Under the pieces are notes generated by a model. It worked only from the letters and a program-made list of their open reading frames with translations, made no database searches and had not been told where the DNA came from. A program made the translations under genes and the position numbers. A DNA stretch of 63,596 nt, filler included, from Choristocarpus tenellus KU-1152 (Eukaryota; Protista; Phaeophyceae): NCBI GenBank assembly GCA_964200185.2. It is 9 parts of 9 records of this genome, joined end to end, with 100 filler letters (N's around TTAATTAATTAA, not from the genome) between each part and the next. Parts side by side here need not be neighbours in the genome. Positions count along the whole stretch, not along the records: positions 1 to 10,084 come from CAXNAD020003162.1; positions 10,185 to 19,633 come from CAXNAD020003667.1; 7 more parts are not named here. One strand, written 5' to 3'. How positions within the stretch are numbered: position 1 is the first letter of the stretch; every line of letters starts with the position of its first letter. Of the stretch, positions 1 to 11,446 are shown piece by piece.

Positions 1-2456
1 CCCCCCCAGATAATTTGAGGCTTTTGGCATTTTAAGCCAGATTTTTCACATTTTTTCAAATCACTCATAATTCTATGGATGAAGTGCTATGTTTGACTTG
101 AAAGTGTTGGCTTCTCCATTGGTAGAGACTTTTGGACAGAACTCGACGAGCTTCCTCTACCCTTTCGTAAAAAAATGGAAAATTTTGCGTTTGTGTGTCA
201 GCGTGCTTAAAATGCAACCCTTACCTTGACTCTATATTCATGAAAACATTGGAATCAAGGGCGATGGTAAGCTGTAGGGGGCGGGTATGAGTGAGACCGA
301 GGTAAGTACAAGGCTGGGGACAAGAGTACATAGAGTATGGCATGGGAGCAAGGTAAAGTACGGTTGTGACCTACTGTAGTACACAGAGTACATAGCTCCA
401 GGGACTGATAATTATGGCGAGAGTATAAAATAATATATCGAAACAGAAATATACTACAATTTTACTCCACACTATTTATAGTATATACTATTGAGGGCAA
501 ATGCACCCTATTGGCTGACCAATACAGTTTATAGTGTTGGTTACATTCCGTAACAAATTGGTGTTCATTTTTTTTCCGATACATGTGCCCTGGCCCTAGA
601 TAATGACCTGATCTCTCTTGTGTAGTCTCTATGTGCAAGTGCATGCCCTGGGGTGGTCACTCAGTCTTTTTTTTCTTTATCACAATAGATTGCCTTCGTT
701 TGGTCATCACCCTGTCTCGTTTTCCATCACCCCAAGACTAGCTCTTTGACACCAGTGACTGGGTGCACACACACACACACACACACACATGGAAGCATCA
801 TTGGTGGGATTGAAAAAAGTGTTTGCCAAAGAACTAGAGAGGAGGGGTGGGGAGGGGGGAGAGGAGGGGAGTTGAAGATAGGAATTATGCATAATAGAGG
901 AAAAGACAGAGAATAAGAAAATATATATATATATATATATTATTCTGGCAGGTAGCCCTTACATTTAACAATGGTAAGCAAATAGGTGTTGGAGTATTAG
1001 TTCACGGAACTTCTGAAGATCTTTCGACTTCAAGGAAATACACACCTACAAGGCTCACAAATTTTAATTTTGACAGTATTTTATGGTGCAGTACAATGCA
1101 ACGGAGTAAGGTAGTGCTGCCATGCACTCCAGTAGTCGATAAACTGCAGTCGATAAACTCTTTGGAAGTACAACAGCGAGCGAATCTCTACCAAGTACAC
1201 ACTCCCCTTTCTTTCTCTCGTACTTCCCTCTCACCCCCCCCCTCGGAATGTTGTACCTCAATCTGTTCGCCATCCACAACTCCCCAATCCACCTGGTTCA
1301 GGGCAGCAACACAAACGATCCTACTCCAACAAGATCATCCCGCGCCCCAGGGGGTGTCAAGGGGAGTCCCAAGGGCGGGGGTGGAGAGGGAAGGGGGCAC
1401 CAAATGTCCCAAGACTCCTCTGCAGGAAACTCCTCTGGAGATGGAGAGGGAGACATAAGTAAGACAAACAGCTGGTACTGGAGGAGGATGAGCCATGCTG
1501 CAGCCCAGGAGAGATGTCAGGACCAAAACAGGGGGAAGGAAAAGGTATCCTCTCTCTTGAACACCTCCCCTGCCTTTCCCTTCACTAGTCGTTCATGCTC
1601 CAACTCTGTCAGTGTGATGCAGACATAATCCGAGGGTCAGGAAGACAGGCATGAAATTTGACTACATTTCTCCATGCTCTTCCAGGCATATGCCCCTACA
1701 GAGCCTTGGTGAGACTCGTACTAGTCTCTATTGTTTCTTAACTTTGTATGTGAGGTAGCATACTTAGATTATCACGTCTTCCATTCCCAAAGCTGTCCCT
1801 TTTTGGCTTCCTCAAACCCCTATTGGTTTCAACTTTAATGCATGGTGCACGACAAAGGTGAAATAGGCCTGGGTACTTTTCTAGCCAACTCTCCGCATGA
1901 AAGGGCTTTGCTTCAATGTTCAGTGTAGATGCACATTGAAAATAAATGCTGATCAGGACATTTCACGGTGGAAGTGCTGGAGCTCTGCAACAGAATTTAT
2001 TTTCAGTTCAGGAATATGATTTCAATTCAAAATTAAGTTCTTCCTTGAGAAAAAAAACATCAAATTAGAAAACGCATTTCCCACTTTGAAGTATATGCAT
2101 ATTGCTTTAGCGCCATACTGCTATTTAGAGATTAATTTCTTGAAGAAAGCACCTGCAACAGGTTGAGAAAGGTCTATTTTTTTTCTGATTTTTACCACAA
2201 TGCATCCTCTCATCTTCCAACCCCCCACCTGCTGACGTCAATGACAATAACATCAAACCCAATGTCTTCTCCACACCGCCTTGCTCAAGAGTAAGCCTCC
2301 AAGCTGCTACTAACCCAACACCTTTCCGGGTTTTTTTCACAGAGTAATGAAACCGCACAGCTCCTTGTCGCTGTCTCTATTGAAACAATATATAAACTGA
2401 GTCAATGCATACAATTCTCCAACCCCCAACCATCAACTTTAATCCACCAACCACCA

Positions 2457-2715
2457 GAGTGAAAGTATCTTAGAAGGTACGAGTTTTTCCCTGTTTGTCC
2501 ATTTGGGGTTTGGCTTCCCACGGTTTTTTTATGACATTTTACCTACTCCAAAATGTTTCAGAGTAGGTAAAATGTGTACGTTATGAAAAGATGTGTCCGG
2601 AACAAGGATATCGACATCTCCTAACAAAAACGATAGACAAAATTACATCAAAATTGCAACATTGGATTTTGGCCTCAAAATGGACGCGATCTTACCCTCT
2701 AAGATACTTTGACTC
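2457..2715. mobile_element. MITE family B copy (about 260 bp)
   Basis: GAGTGAAAGTATCTTAGA ... TCTAAGATACTTTGACTC; internal hairpin TTTTACCTACTC...GAGTAGGTAAAA. Confidence 0.87.
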
Positions 2716-2756
2716 ACCAACCGGTAATTGTTTCCCTTTTGTTCCATGCCGTTAAT

Positions 2757-2886
2757 GGGGCGTATGAAGAGGCGGCAAACCGTTCATGAGCGGGAGGCCA
2801 GCATGAAGGGGTCGTGGGAGTGTGTAGTGTGCAAGAGGCGTAACGAACCAGGGTCCTCGTCGTGTTGGGTCTGCTATACAGCAAGG
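2757..2886 (+). CDS. Exon encoding a RanBP2-type zinc finger; probably part of a larger plus-strand gene across about 1.2-9.5 kb
   Basis: GSWECVVCKRRNEPGSSSCWVCYTAR fits W-x-C-x2-C-x3-N-x6-C-x2-C and is followed by a GT. Other exon-like segments at about 1290-1543, 5081-5182 and 9404-9468 could not be linked confidently. Confidence 0.55.
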
Positions 2887-3124
2887 TTAGCAATAAAGAT
2901 CACATCTTCACGTATCAATTCATCGGGCAAGGACCTCTGATACACTGGGGGGGTTATCGCTATACGGATGATCGGAATCTCTTCATGCAATATCATTTTC
3001 TCAGGTTTAGCCTTCCTTCACACCTAGAGGGTTCTAATAAGCAGGAAGGCAGGCAGAGGGGCGCCATTGTTTGCTGACCTTCTTTCAGTTGCTTCTGCAT
3101 GAGCCTTTGTCTTATCCTAAGTCT

Positions 3125-3388
3125 GTGTGAAAGTATCTTAGAGGATATGAATTTTTGCCCTGTTTGTTCATTTGGGGCTTGGCTTCACATGGATGGGTCT
3201 TTTTAGGACGTTTTCCTACTCCAGAATGTTTCGGAGTAGGTAAAAAGTATAGGTTATGAAAACGCGTGTTCGAAAGATAGATATTGACACTTCCTAACAA
3301 ACACGATAGCCAAAACCACATCAAAATCGTAACATTGGATTTTGACCCCCAAATGGAAGCGGCTCTACCCTCTAAGATACTTTGGCTC
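3125..3388. mobile_element. MITE family B copy, TSD TCT
   Basis: tct|GTGTGAAAGTATCTTAGAG ... CTCTAAGATACTTTGGCTC|tct. Confidence 0.88.
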
Positions 3389-4849
3389 TCTTTGTGACTC
3401 AGCATGAAGCTTGGGCTTCCAAAAGCATGTTTTTTTTTACCTACTTGGACATAGAAATGCTACTCAGGGGACATTCTATCTTGGAGGGGGGCGAGGGGAA
3501 GAGGTACTATTTTAATTGACTCTTAAGACTGCTTGGGTCTTTTGGAAGTCTTCCTAACACCTCATTTCAATACAAAGCTAACCCACCTTGGGAGACTGTG
3601 ACAGTATTGGAAGAGACAAACGTTTGTTGAAATAAGAGCAAAATTGCCCCTCTGCAGTGCTAGTAGCATGGAATCTACCGGAATGGCGGTCACAGGGAAC
3701 CAAATATTCCAAGATACCTTCCTGTAAGATAGGATGGCGCTAAATGAGTGATGGGAATCTCGTGTCTTGCAGGTCCTACCAGGCTGTCAACCTTGACCGA
3801 ATAAGGGCAGATAAGGATGCCTCGCAAGGTGGTGGTGAGGTGAGTAGGGATTGTTACAAGGCCAATTGAATAGGGATGTGTGGGAAACGAAGAATAGGGA
3901 GTAAAGATCAAAGACAGTGGATCTCCATAGGGTTGTTATGAGGGATTTGCCATGGAGTAGGACCCAGGTCCCTTGCATCTTGAACTAGAAGGTGATGAGG
4001 ATGCTGCGTGGCCTGCAGCATAAGGAGCTCATCAGATATTGGTGCCAATCCTGACCATGGCTGGAGGGACCGTTGTGCCTAGTTGGTCGGCCAGCAGAGC
4101 CCCTTGTCATTGATTCTATTGCTGGCAAGGAGTAGAAATTGTAGAGATATGCATAAGAAAAAAATCCGTCCCTAAACCTAACCCAACACCTTAACCCCAA
4201 CTATATTTCCCAACCAAGTACAAAATACACCTACCTACTGTATCGACCTTCTTGACCCTACCTACCTTCACATTTGTTTCTGTCTTTCTACTCTTTTAAA
4301 TAGTTATATGTACAAAGTCCTTGTTACTCTGAAAATCGTCCACTGTGAGGCTTGAGGGCAAGGACAAAGAAAGGTACAAGAAGTAGACCTAAATTTCAGA
4401 CCTCCGCTCATGAGCAAGTAAGTGCAAGTAAGTGCAGAGCTCACTTGAGGAAAACACAAAAGAGAGAGTCGGTCGCCCACCTGTTTTTTGGTACATCATA
4501 GTACCTGCCAAATCTGCTATAATTGTGCGACAAGCGGAAAATTAGTACTGTGTATACCTGATAACCATTTGTTCTCACTTTAGCTACCAGGGTATCAAAT
4601 AGTTACCCTAGAAACTCGTTTTGAAGGACTTTGGAACGGAAATGGGAGGTTGGTGTAAATCCATGTGGAGCAGGGCAGATACTTTGTTTTTATGTATCTA
4701 GTTAACAGGCATGAAATCCTTTCCACGATACCCATCCCATGTGAATCTGGGCATCCCAGAATGGGCAGTATACAAGTTGACTGGGTATCTCGGGACTGAC
4801 TGAAAAATAGGTAAGATAAGATCCAAGTAACCGCAACATTATATTCTAG

Positions 4850-4900
4850 CCCTAACCCTAACCTAACCCTATCCCTAACCTTGAACCTAACCCTACCACT
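4850..4900. repeat. Interstitial telomere-like (CCCTAA)n; similar tracts at about 4170, 32715, 52408-52446, 52535-52570, 53002-53026, 61940, 62958-62978
   Basis: Short degenerate CCCTAA/TTAGGG arrays of 2-7 units. Confidence 0.75.
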
Positions 4901-5654
4901 GCTAAGCCTAAGCGCAATCATCAGCACAACACCACCACCAACTCAAAACAAAAAAAAATAAAGAGATTGCCTCTCACGTTCAATACTAATTCATATTGTC
5001 CTTTCTCTTCTGGCACATTTTTTTGCCTCTCCTGAAACGATATTGTTTCCATTCAATGCAATTCACTCTGTTAAAAAAAGGGTTCAAGCGCTACTCCTCG
5101 CTGGGACAAAACAGGAGAGGGGAAAAGGTCAAATTCCAGCACTCCCAAGTCCACTCCAAGTAATGCCACAAGCACAACCAAGGCAAGTCCCCCCTAATAA
5201 GAGAAACGTCCTGTTAATGACGAAAAATAGGAAGTTTATGAAGTAATCTGAGTTATGTCGGTGGGAGAATTCTGAGAGGGATGACGTATGGGGAGTGGAG
5301 TATTGATTAGGGTTAAGAAAAAATGAGAAGGGGGACAAAGAGTTACGTACTGAGTGGTCTGGAGGCAGAAGAGGTAAGAGAGAAGTTAGAGGAAACGGGT
5401 GGTGGGTGGAAGTACAAGGTAGGAAGGGATGGGACAGAGCAAAAGGTGCACCTGAGGTTGGTGCGATAGGACAAGCAGGAATAGAACAAGGCAACCTCCA
5501 GGCAATCTTTTCTCCCCACCCACCCTTTTGATTGCTCACGACCAACTGGGATGCTGGGGAAAGGGGGGGTACGTCAAGTTTGGTCGGGGTAGATGTCTTC
5601 TACTTGAAAGGCACAGTATTGAAGTGGATGATGAAGGGGAGTTCTTGGATGATT

Positions 5655-5900
5655 GTGGAGTGTTGTTGAGTGGTGAGGTGGAGTGGAAAGTGCTGTGGTG
5701 GTGAGTTGTGTTGGATGGTGTGGTGGAGCAGAAAGTGGTGGAAAGTGTTGTTGGGTTGAGTAGTGTTGAATTATGTAGTGGAGCAGAAAGTGGTGGAAAA
5801 TGTTGTGGGATTGAGTGGTGTTGAATGGTGCGGTTGAGTGGAAAGTGGTGTGGGGTTGAGTGGGGTGGAGTAGAAAGTGGTGGAAAGTGGTGTGGAGGAA
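5655..5900. repeat. GT-rich low-complexity repeat (GTG/TGG/TTG; GAAAGTGGTGGAAAGTG recurrent)
   Basis: Visible directly; produces spurious H/P/T-rich ORFs. Confidence 0.8.
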
Positions 5901-5929
5901 GGAGGATGGATTCGTGGAAATTGACCGCA

Positions 5930-6200
5930 TTGGCGAAGATTGGTCGCACTGGTTGGTCATCGTATATGGCTGGTGACTGGAAATCAGTGGCAAAGATCAG
6001 TCGCACTAGTTGGTCATCGGATGTGGTTGGTGACTGGAAATCAGTGGTGAAGGTTGGTCACCTGGTTGGTGACTGGAAATCAGTTGCGAAGGTTGGTCGC
6101 ACTGATTGGTCACCAGATACGATTGATGATTCACTGGATGGACTGGTGACTGGAAATCAGTTGCGAAGTGGTCACACTGGTTGGTCATTAGTGATGTTAG
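5930..6200. repeat. Degenerate about 57-bp tandem repeat with GGTGACTGGAAATCAG core
   Basis: Core at 5972, 6029, 6068 and 6146, with interleaved GGTCGCACTGGTTGGTCA elements. Confidence 0.85.
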
Positions 6201-6699
6201 AATGAGGGAGGATGAGTAGAATGGGTGGAATGCTAACAAGAGAATAACCAATACTAATCCAGAATTTGTGAGGAAAGCAATCCCTCTATCCCATAATAAG
6301 TCTATGACGTCATGATTTTTTTCTCTTTGTTTTTGCTGTTTCTTCACGAATTACAAAGAATATGCCAGTGACATATATATGACTGAAACTGAAGCTTTGG
6401 ATATAATTTTTTCCGAGGAGATTGTTCGTTTTCACATTTTGCTCCGAAATAGTTCTGAATCTGTTCCGAGAAGTGGAACCCAAGAAACGGTCCCTTTCGG
6501 CCCCATTTTTTTATTGGTTGCATTTACGTTCGGTGCGAGTATAATGCCCACTCATCGTTGCACAACATCTGAGCACCTCGCAAAGACCCGTGCGACTCTC
6601 GCTTAGCCTCCAGATCATCTGCAACACGAGTCCCGTACCCAATATGTCGACTCGAGCGAGTATGCCATCTTTCACTGGGAGGCCATCGACCCACACAAA

Positions 6700-7500
6700 A
6701 AATTGCAAAGTTGAGGGAGGAAGGTCGAAACGCACAGACTGTAAGCTACGCTTTAGCACTACTTTCTGATAAGAAACAACTTCTGAAAGGGTGGGACGGG
6801 GAGGAAAGGGTAGGCTCCACCAAGGTATAGCACAAGGGCATTGTTCCTAAGGCGACATTCATCTGCGCCGTTTCTTCCCACGATTTGGACGGCAAGATCA
6901 GAATCTGGCGTGTTTGGGTTATCAACTAGGCACAGAGAAGTTCGCCCCACCAGGAGAGGGGACAGCAGTACAACTTCAATGTGACCATCGACGCCAAGTG
7001 GTACTGGGAGTCGTACGTTGTGACCTTTCTCCCCACAATGAAGGAAAGAATGCCGTTGTTGGAGGGTGAGGAGGTGGTTACGCAGGAGGACGGAGCAACC
7101 CCCCATACAGGAAAAGACATGTCGCGGAAGCTCATCGAAGACGGGAGAAGGGGGGTGGAGCGTCAAGCTTGTAACGCAGCCTGTGCAGTCACATAATCTT
7201 AATATCAAAGATTTGGAGTTCTTTCATCACCTGAAAGTAGAGTTTAGAAGGAGAGTTAGGTTACGATAGACGACCTTATGAAGGGGGATAAGAGCATGTA
7301 CGGCATGTAGGACGCAGCTACTTTGGAGAGGGTGTGGTAGAGCCTCTTTAAGCCGTACAATCAAGTTTTGAAGGAGCTAGGGGGTGGCAATCTCGAGGTA
7401 CACCACACCGGAACTAAGAAAAGGCAGTTTGATGGAAGTCTGCCAAAATCGGTCATGATCGACAGAGGGGCTTCAACATGGCGGTGGATTGTTGGATTGA
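6700..7500 (+). pseudogene. Degenerate Tc1/mariner-superfamily (plant/oomycete mariner-like) transposase
   Basis: Fragments in different frames: IVPKATFICAVS..LDGKIRIWRV, FLPTMKERMP...VVTQEDGATPH, GWSVKLVTQPVQSHNLNIKDLEFFHHLK, LERVW*SLF..YNQVLKELGGGN..VHH. These correspond to KVMFLxAV/FDGKIGIWP, QQDNAxPH and QPPNSPDLNVLDLGFF. Stops and frameshifts are present; no TIRs located. Confidence 0.85.
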
Positions 7501-7957
7501 TGGGGATGAGGAAAGCAAAAGCGAAGAAGAATGAGTTTTACATCAAAAACATCAAGGAATCCAACTTTAAAAAAGCTTTTCATCAGAGGTCATCTCGAGA
7601 AGTTACACCCTCAACATCGTAGACTTATGGGACAGAGGGAATACAAAGTAATTGCTATTATTCTTTCTAAATTCTGAGCATACTGAAATTATCCTGAATA
7701 CCTGATCATAATCAATGGTCAACTTTCCCCTCCCTATAAGTACAATCCCTTGTAGGAGATTCCTTTCCTATCTCCAGTATAATGATCACCTCCAAAGAGA
7801 TGATAACCTTCTCTACGTTCTCAAGATTTTGAAACATAGCTTCCACTAGGGGCAGAATGCCACAGACGAACTTCCCCCTACCCCATATGAGGGAGAGACC
7901 GACCTTTGATGAAGCCCCCATAATTATCAGATTTTACTATTTTCTGACTGTACGTGT

Positions 7958-8133
7958 CACTCAAAGTATCTGGGGGGGGGGGTCTACACCAGGGTGTCCA
8001 TTCGTATCCTTACCAGGAAAAGTGCACTTACATTATCCATCCGACGCATCCAACCAAATCACGCAAAAATCGCGACATCGAAAAATGGACCCCAAACGGA
8101 CAGCTGCCACAGCCACCCCAGATACTTTGAGTC
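7958..8133. mobile_element. MITE family A copy (about 175-195 bp)
   Basis: TIR CTCAAAGTATCT-GGGG ... CCCC-AGATACTTTGAG; internal sequence shared with more than 10 other copies in the window. Confidence 0.85.
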
Positions 8134-8490
8134 ATGTTGTGCTATGTCGGGAAGAGGATCTTGCCGACCTGGTTGGGGTATTTCTCCCCGTGGTGGGATA
8201 CTGGAGCAAATGCACCCGATTTGGTCAAGGTCTCTAATAATAGTGCGTGGAGTATTCCTGTAGTCGAAACCTTTGGTTCTCAAACAATTTCCGCCACTAC
8301 TAGGTAGTTTCAATGGTAATTGACTCAAGGAAGCACTGATAGCACATTGTAGTAGTGGTAGCAGTCTATTCAATACAGTTGCTGGCAAGACTTTCTCAGT
8401 ACCTCATGGGTTAACTCGAGTTTCAACAGTATGTGCGACATGTGTGATCCTAGGAATGTACTCAATACATACACTTTTTAATATATCAAA

Positions 8491-8748
8491 GAGTCAAAGT
8501 GTCTTAGAGGGTAGAGCCGCATCCGTTAGGCGACCAAATCCAATATTGAAAGTTTGATGTAATTTTGGCTATCATGTTTGTTAGAGAGTGTCAGTATCCT
8601 TGTTCCAGACACAACTTTTCATAACATATAGATTTTACCTACTCCAAAACATTTTGGAGTAGGTAAAATGTCGTAAAACACCTGTGGGAATCCAAGTCCC
8701 AAATGTACAAACAGGGCAAAAATCGTATCCTCTAAGATACTTGCACTC
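8491..8748. mobile_element. MITE family B copy (reverse orientation), TSD AAA
   Basis: aaa|GAGTCAAAGTGTCTTAGAGG ... CCTCTAAGATACTTGCACTC|aaa. Confidence 0.88.
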
Positions 8749-8846
8749 AAAACATTTTTTATTGTACACTTCGAATTATTGATCAATTCTGTTTTTTGTG
8801 TAGCTGCAGATAAAGAGTTAAATCTCACTTTGTCGAAAATGGGATT

Positions 8847-9105
8847 GAGCCAAAGTATCTTAGAGGGTAGGGCCACGTCCATTTGGGGGCCAAAATCCAT
8901 TGTTGAAATTTTGATGTAATTTTAGCTATTGTGTTTGTTTGGAAGCGTCAATATCCTTGTTCCGAACACACCTTTTCATAACGTATACATCTTACCCACT
9001 CCGAAACATTTTGGAGTAGGAAAATGTCACAAAAAAAAACATGGGATGTCAAGCCCTAAATGGACAAAAAGGGCAAAACTCGTACCCTCTAAGATACTTT
9101 CACTT
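8847..9105. mobile_element. MITE family B copy (reverse orientation), TSD ATT
   Basis: att|GAGCCAAAGTATCTTAGAGGG ... CCCTCTAAGATACTTTCACTT|att. Confidence 0.88.
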
Positions 9106-10084
9106 ATTAATTTCCTTTGGTAATCCCATTCACTTTGTGTGCAACTACCTACCCCACGGTGATAGAGGAGTTCAAAGATTACTTTTCTACAAAGAGAGAA
9201 GGGGAGGGTGGTATGCGTAGGTTTGAATTGTGATGGAATGTAGAATGCCTCACTGTCACATAGGAGATTTTTAGATTACTCTTTCGAAACTTGTTTTCAG
9301 GCCTTGCCAGTAGTTAAAACTGTTTTTGTGGAGCCCTCTGTCACTATTGCATTCCCCTCCTTCTCCCAATTCCTGAAAATGTTGTTTGCTGGACCCTGGT
9401 GCAGGCCTCACTATCGAATAATGTGGGCAAGAGCAAGAAGGGTGACGAATCAGCAGTGGAAGCAGATGGTATGGTCGGTTCCAAGGGAGATTTGGGGACA
9501 CTTTGCAGCATGGACTGGGTTCTAGTTGGGATTAGTGATGTTTTGATCAATTGGTTAGACCAATCTATTATGTATGCCATCTTGTGCCGTTCGAGAAGTA
9601 AGCTAATCATGGCCTTAGCGAGATCGTTTCAGGGATGAAAGGACTCCAAGATTTTTCAGGGGAAAACACAGCTTCTGTTTCTTGTTGATGCTCAGAGTGG
9701 ATGCCTGGAAGAGAGTCCTGCAGGTTACGACTCTAAAACCACTTGCCCAATGCCTCTGTGTTTCCTAACCCTACCAAAATGCTAGGACAGTTATTATCAC
9801 TACTTTTTCTGTCCTCCTATTCGATAGCCTTTTCTAAGCTCTTTCTGTCATAGCGCATACACACATAAACCATATTTCGTGACTTTGTCTCCACTGTCTC
9901 CCCACCCCCCATATCTCATATCATTCTATCCACTGCATCCATCTTGAATGAGCTGTTCACACTCCTATGTTGAGACTCAGCTTCTTCTCCGCCCTGTCCG
10001 GCCCTGTTGCCTGACTCATCATTGAATCTCTAGGGATACGAATTTCCGACAAGGTCCCATCCATCCGTGTTTACAGCATTGGCA

Positions 10085-10184
10085 NNNNNNNNNNNNNNNN
10101 NNNNNNNNNNNNNNNNNNNNNNNNNNNNTTAATTAATTAANNNNNNNNNNNNNNNNNNNNNNNNNNNNNNNNNNNNNNNNNNNN
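10085..10184. other. Artificial contig spacer (N44-TTAATTAATTAA-N44); also at 19634-19733, 22308-22407, 34830-34929, 50428-50527, 54302-54401, 57393-57492, 60610-60709
   Basis: Eight identical 100-bp blocks containing the six-frame stop linker. Confidence 0.97.
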
Positions 10185-11050
10185 CCCCCTCAGATACTCT
10201 GAGTCAAAGGGAAGAGAATGTGGCAGGGGAGTTGGGGTTAGGTAGGAATTGGTTGAAGCAGGTTAAGTGCAACAATGTTGAGAGAGGAAGGATATGGATG
10301 GGACAACAAATAAATACTGGCTAAAATTCCTCATTTTTCTGGGTGCTTTGTGTTGGCCTCATTCATAATGGGGGATTGACCTGACCACATCAGATAACCT
10401 TTTGGCAGGGGACTGGATCTTGCTTTGTATGTGCAAACTCAAAATCATAGAGAGCCAAACCAAATGAGAGGCGGGCAGGTTTGGACCCTTTTGCATTCTA
10501 GGCCATCCTTCTTGCCCTGCACAACATACTCTAATTTCATTGCTTGATGGGCACAAAAGTTTATGCAAAATTGATATTCCACCTTTCAACACACAAAGTG
10601 ACAATACAATTCAGCAAAGGCTCTTTCTGCAATCGAAAAAGATGGCATCTTTTTTTCTTTCTCGGGATCCTTAAAATGAAACTCTACCTCTCAGTTGGTT
10701 TGACTCAGGGTGTACGAGCAAGAAGATTAGTTTTGTGTGCTACAAATCATTGGAAAACGCATACAATATCTTCCTTATGATGGTTGAAGATACATTGCAA
10801 TTTATCTACTCCGGAGTAGTCTAGGAGTGTCTTTGCTTGCTATTCTCTTCCTAAGAGCTACCAAAAGGGGCTCAGGGAAAAACTGGATCAGAAGGAGCAC
10901 ACAACAGAGTTGATGCGTGTGCTAAGTGCTGCATACATCCCGCTGTTGTTGTGTTAACATCAATAGTAGCTCGACACTTTGGCACAACAGGTCTAGCAAG
11001 GCAGTTTATTTGGAAACACACACCATAGACAAGAACTACAGATCACATTG

Positions 11051-11245
11051 GGCTCAAAGTATCTGAGGGTTGGGGGGGGGGAGGGGGTGGGGACTACACC
11101 AGGGTGTCCATTCGGTCCCTGAACAGAAGAAGTGAACTTACATTATCCATCCGACACATGAAACCAAATCACCCAAAAATTGTGACACGAAAAAATGGGC
11201 CCCGAATGGACAGCCACCACCCCCCCCCCCCAGATACTTTGAGCT
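11051..11245. mobile_element. MITE family A copy
   Basis: GGCTCAAAGTATCT ... AGATACTTTGAGCT with family A interior. Confidence 0.85.
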
Positions 11246-11446
11246 ATGTAGCAAATGCATTGAGTATTTCCGCAAATATTATACCCAAGTATATCTACCA
11301 GGTCAATCCTGTACATATCCCCAACCCAACCGAATGAAATCAGTTCAGACAGCATTGTATATATATGTAATCACTAACCAAAAGATGCACACGCTCAAGT
11401 CTATCAAATAAAACTACAAAATAATACCTAACTCAGAGGAGCTCAC

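Noticed and set aside
5536-6006. His/Pro/Thr-rich ORFs
   Set aside because: Products of a GT-rich simple repeat.
5930-6200. CRISPR-like repeat-spacer pattern
   Set aside because: Intervening sequences are homologous to each other, the context is eukaryotic and no cas genes are present.
6700-7500. Mariner relic as the autonomous partner of the MITEs
   Set aside because: Tc1/mariner elements make TA duplications whereas these MITEs show 3-bp TSDs, and no matching TIR bounds the relic.
10085-10184. Recurrent TTAATTAATTAA palindrome
   Set aside because: Artificial six-frame-stop contig linker embedded in Ns; not biological. It also invalidates any gene-cluster argument across spacers.
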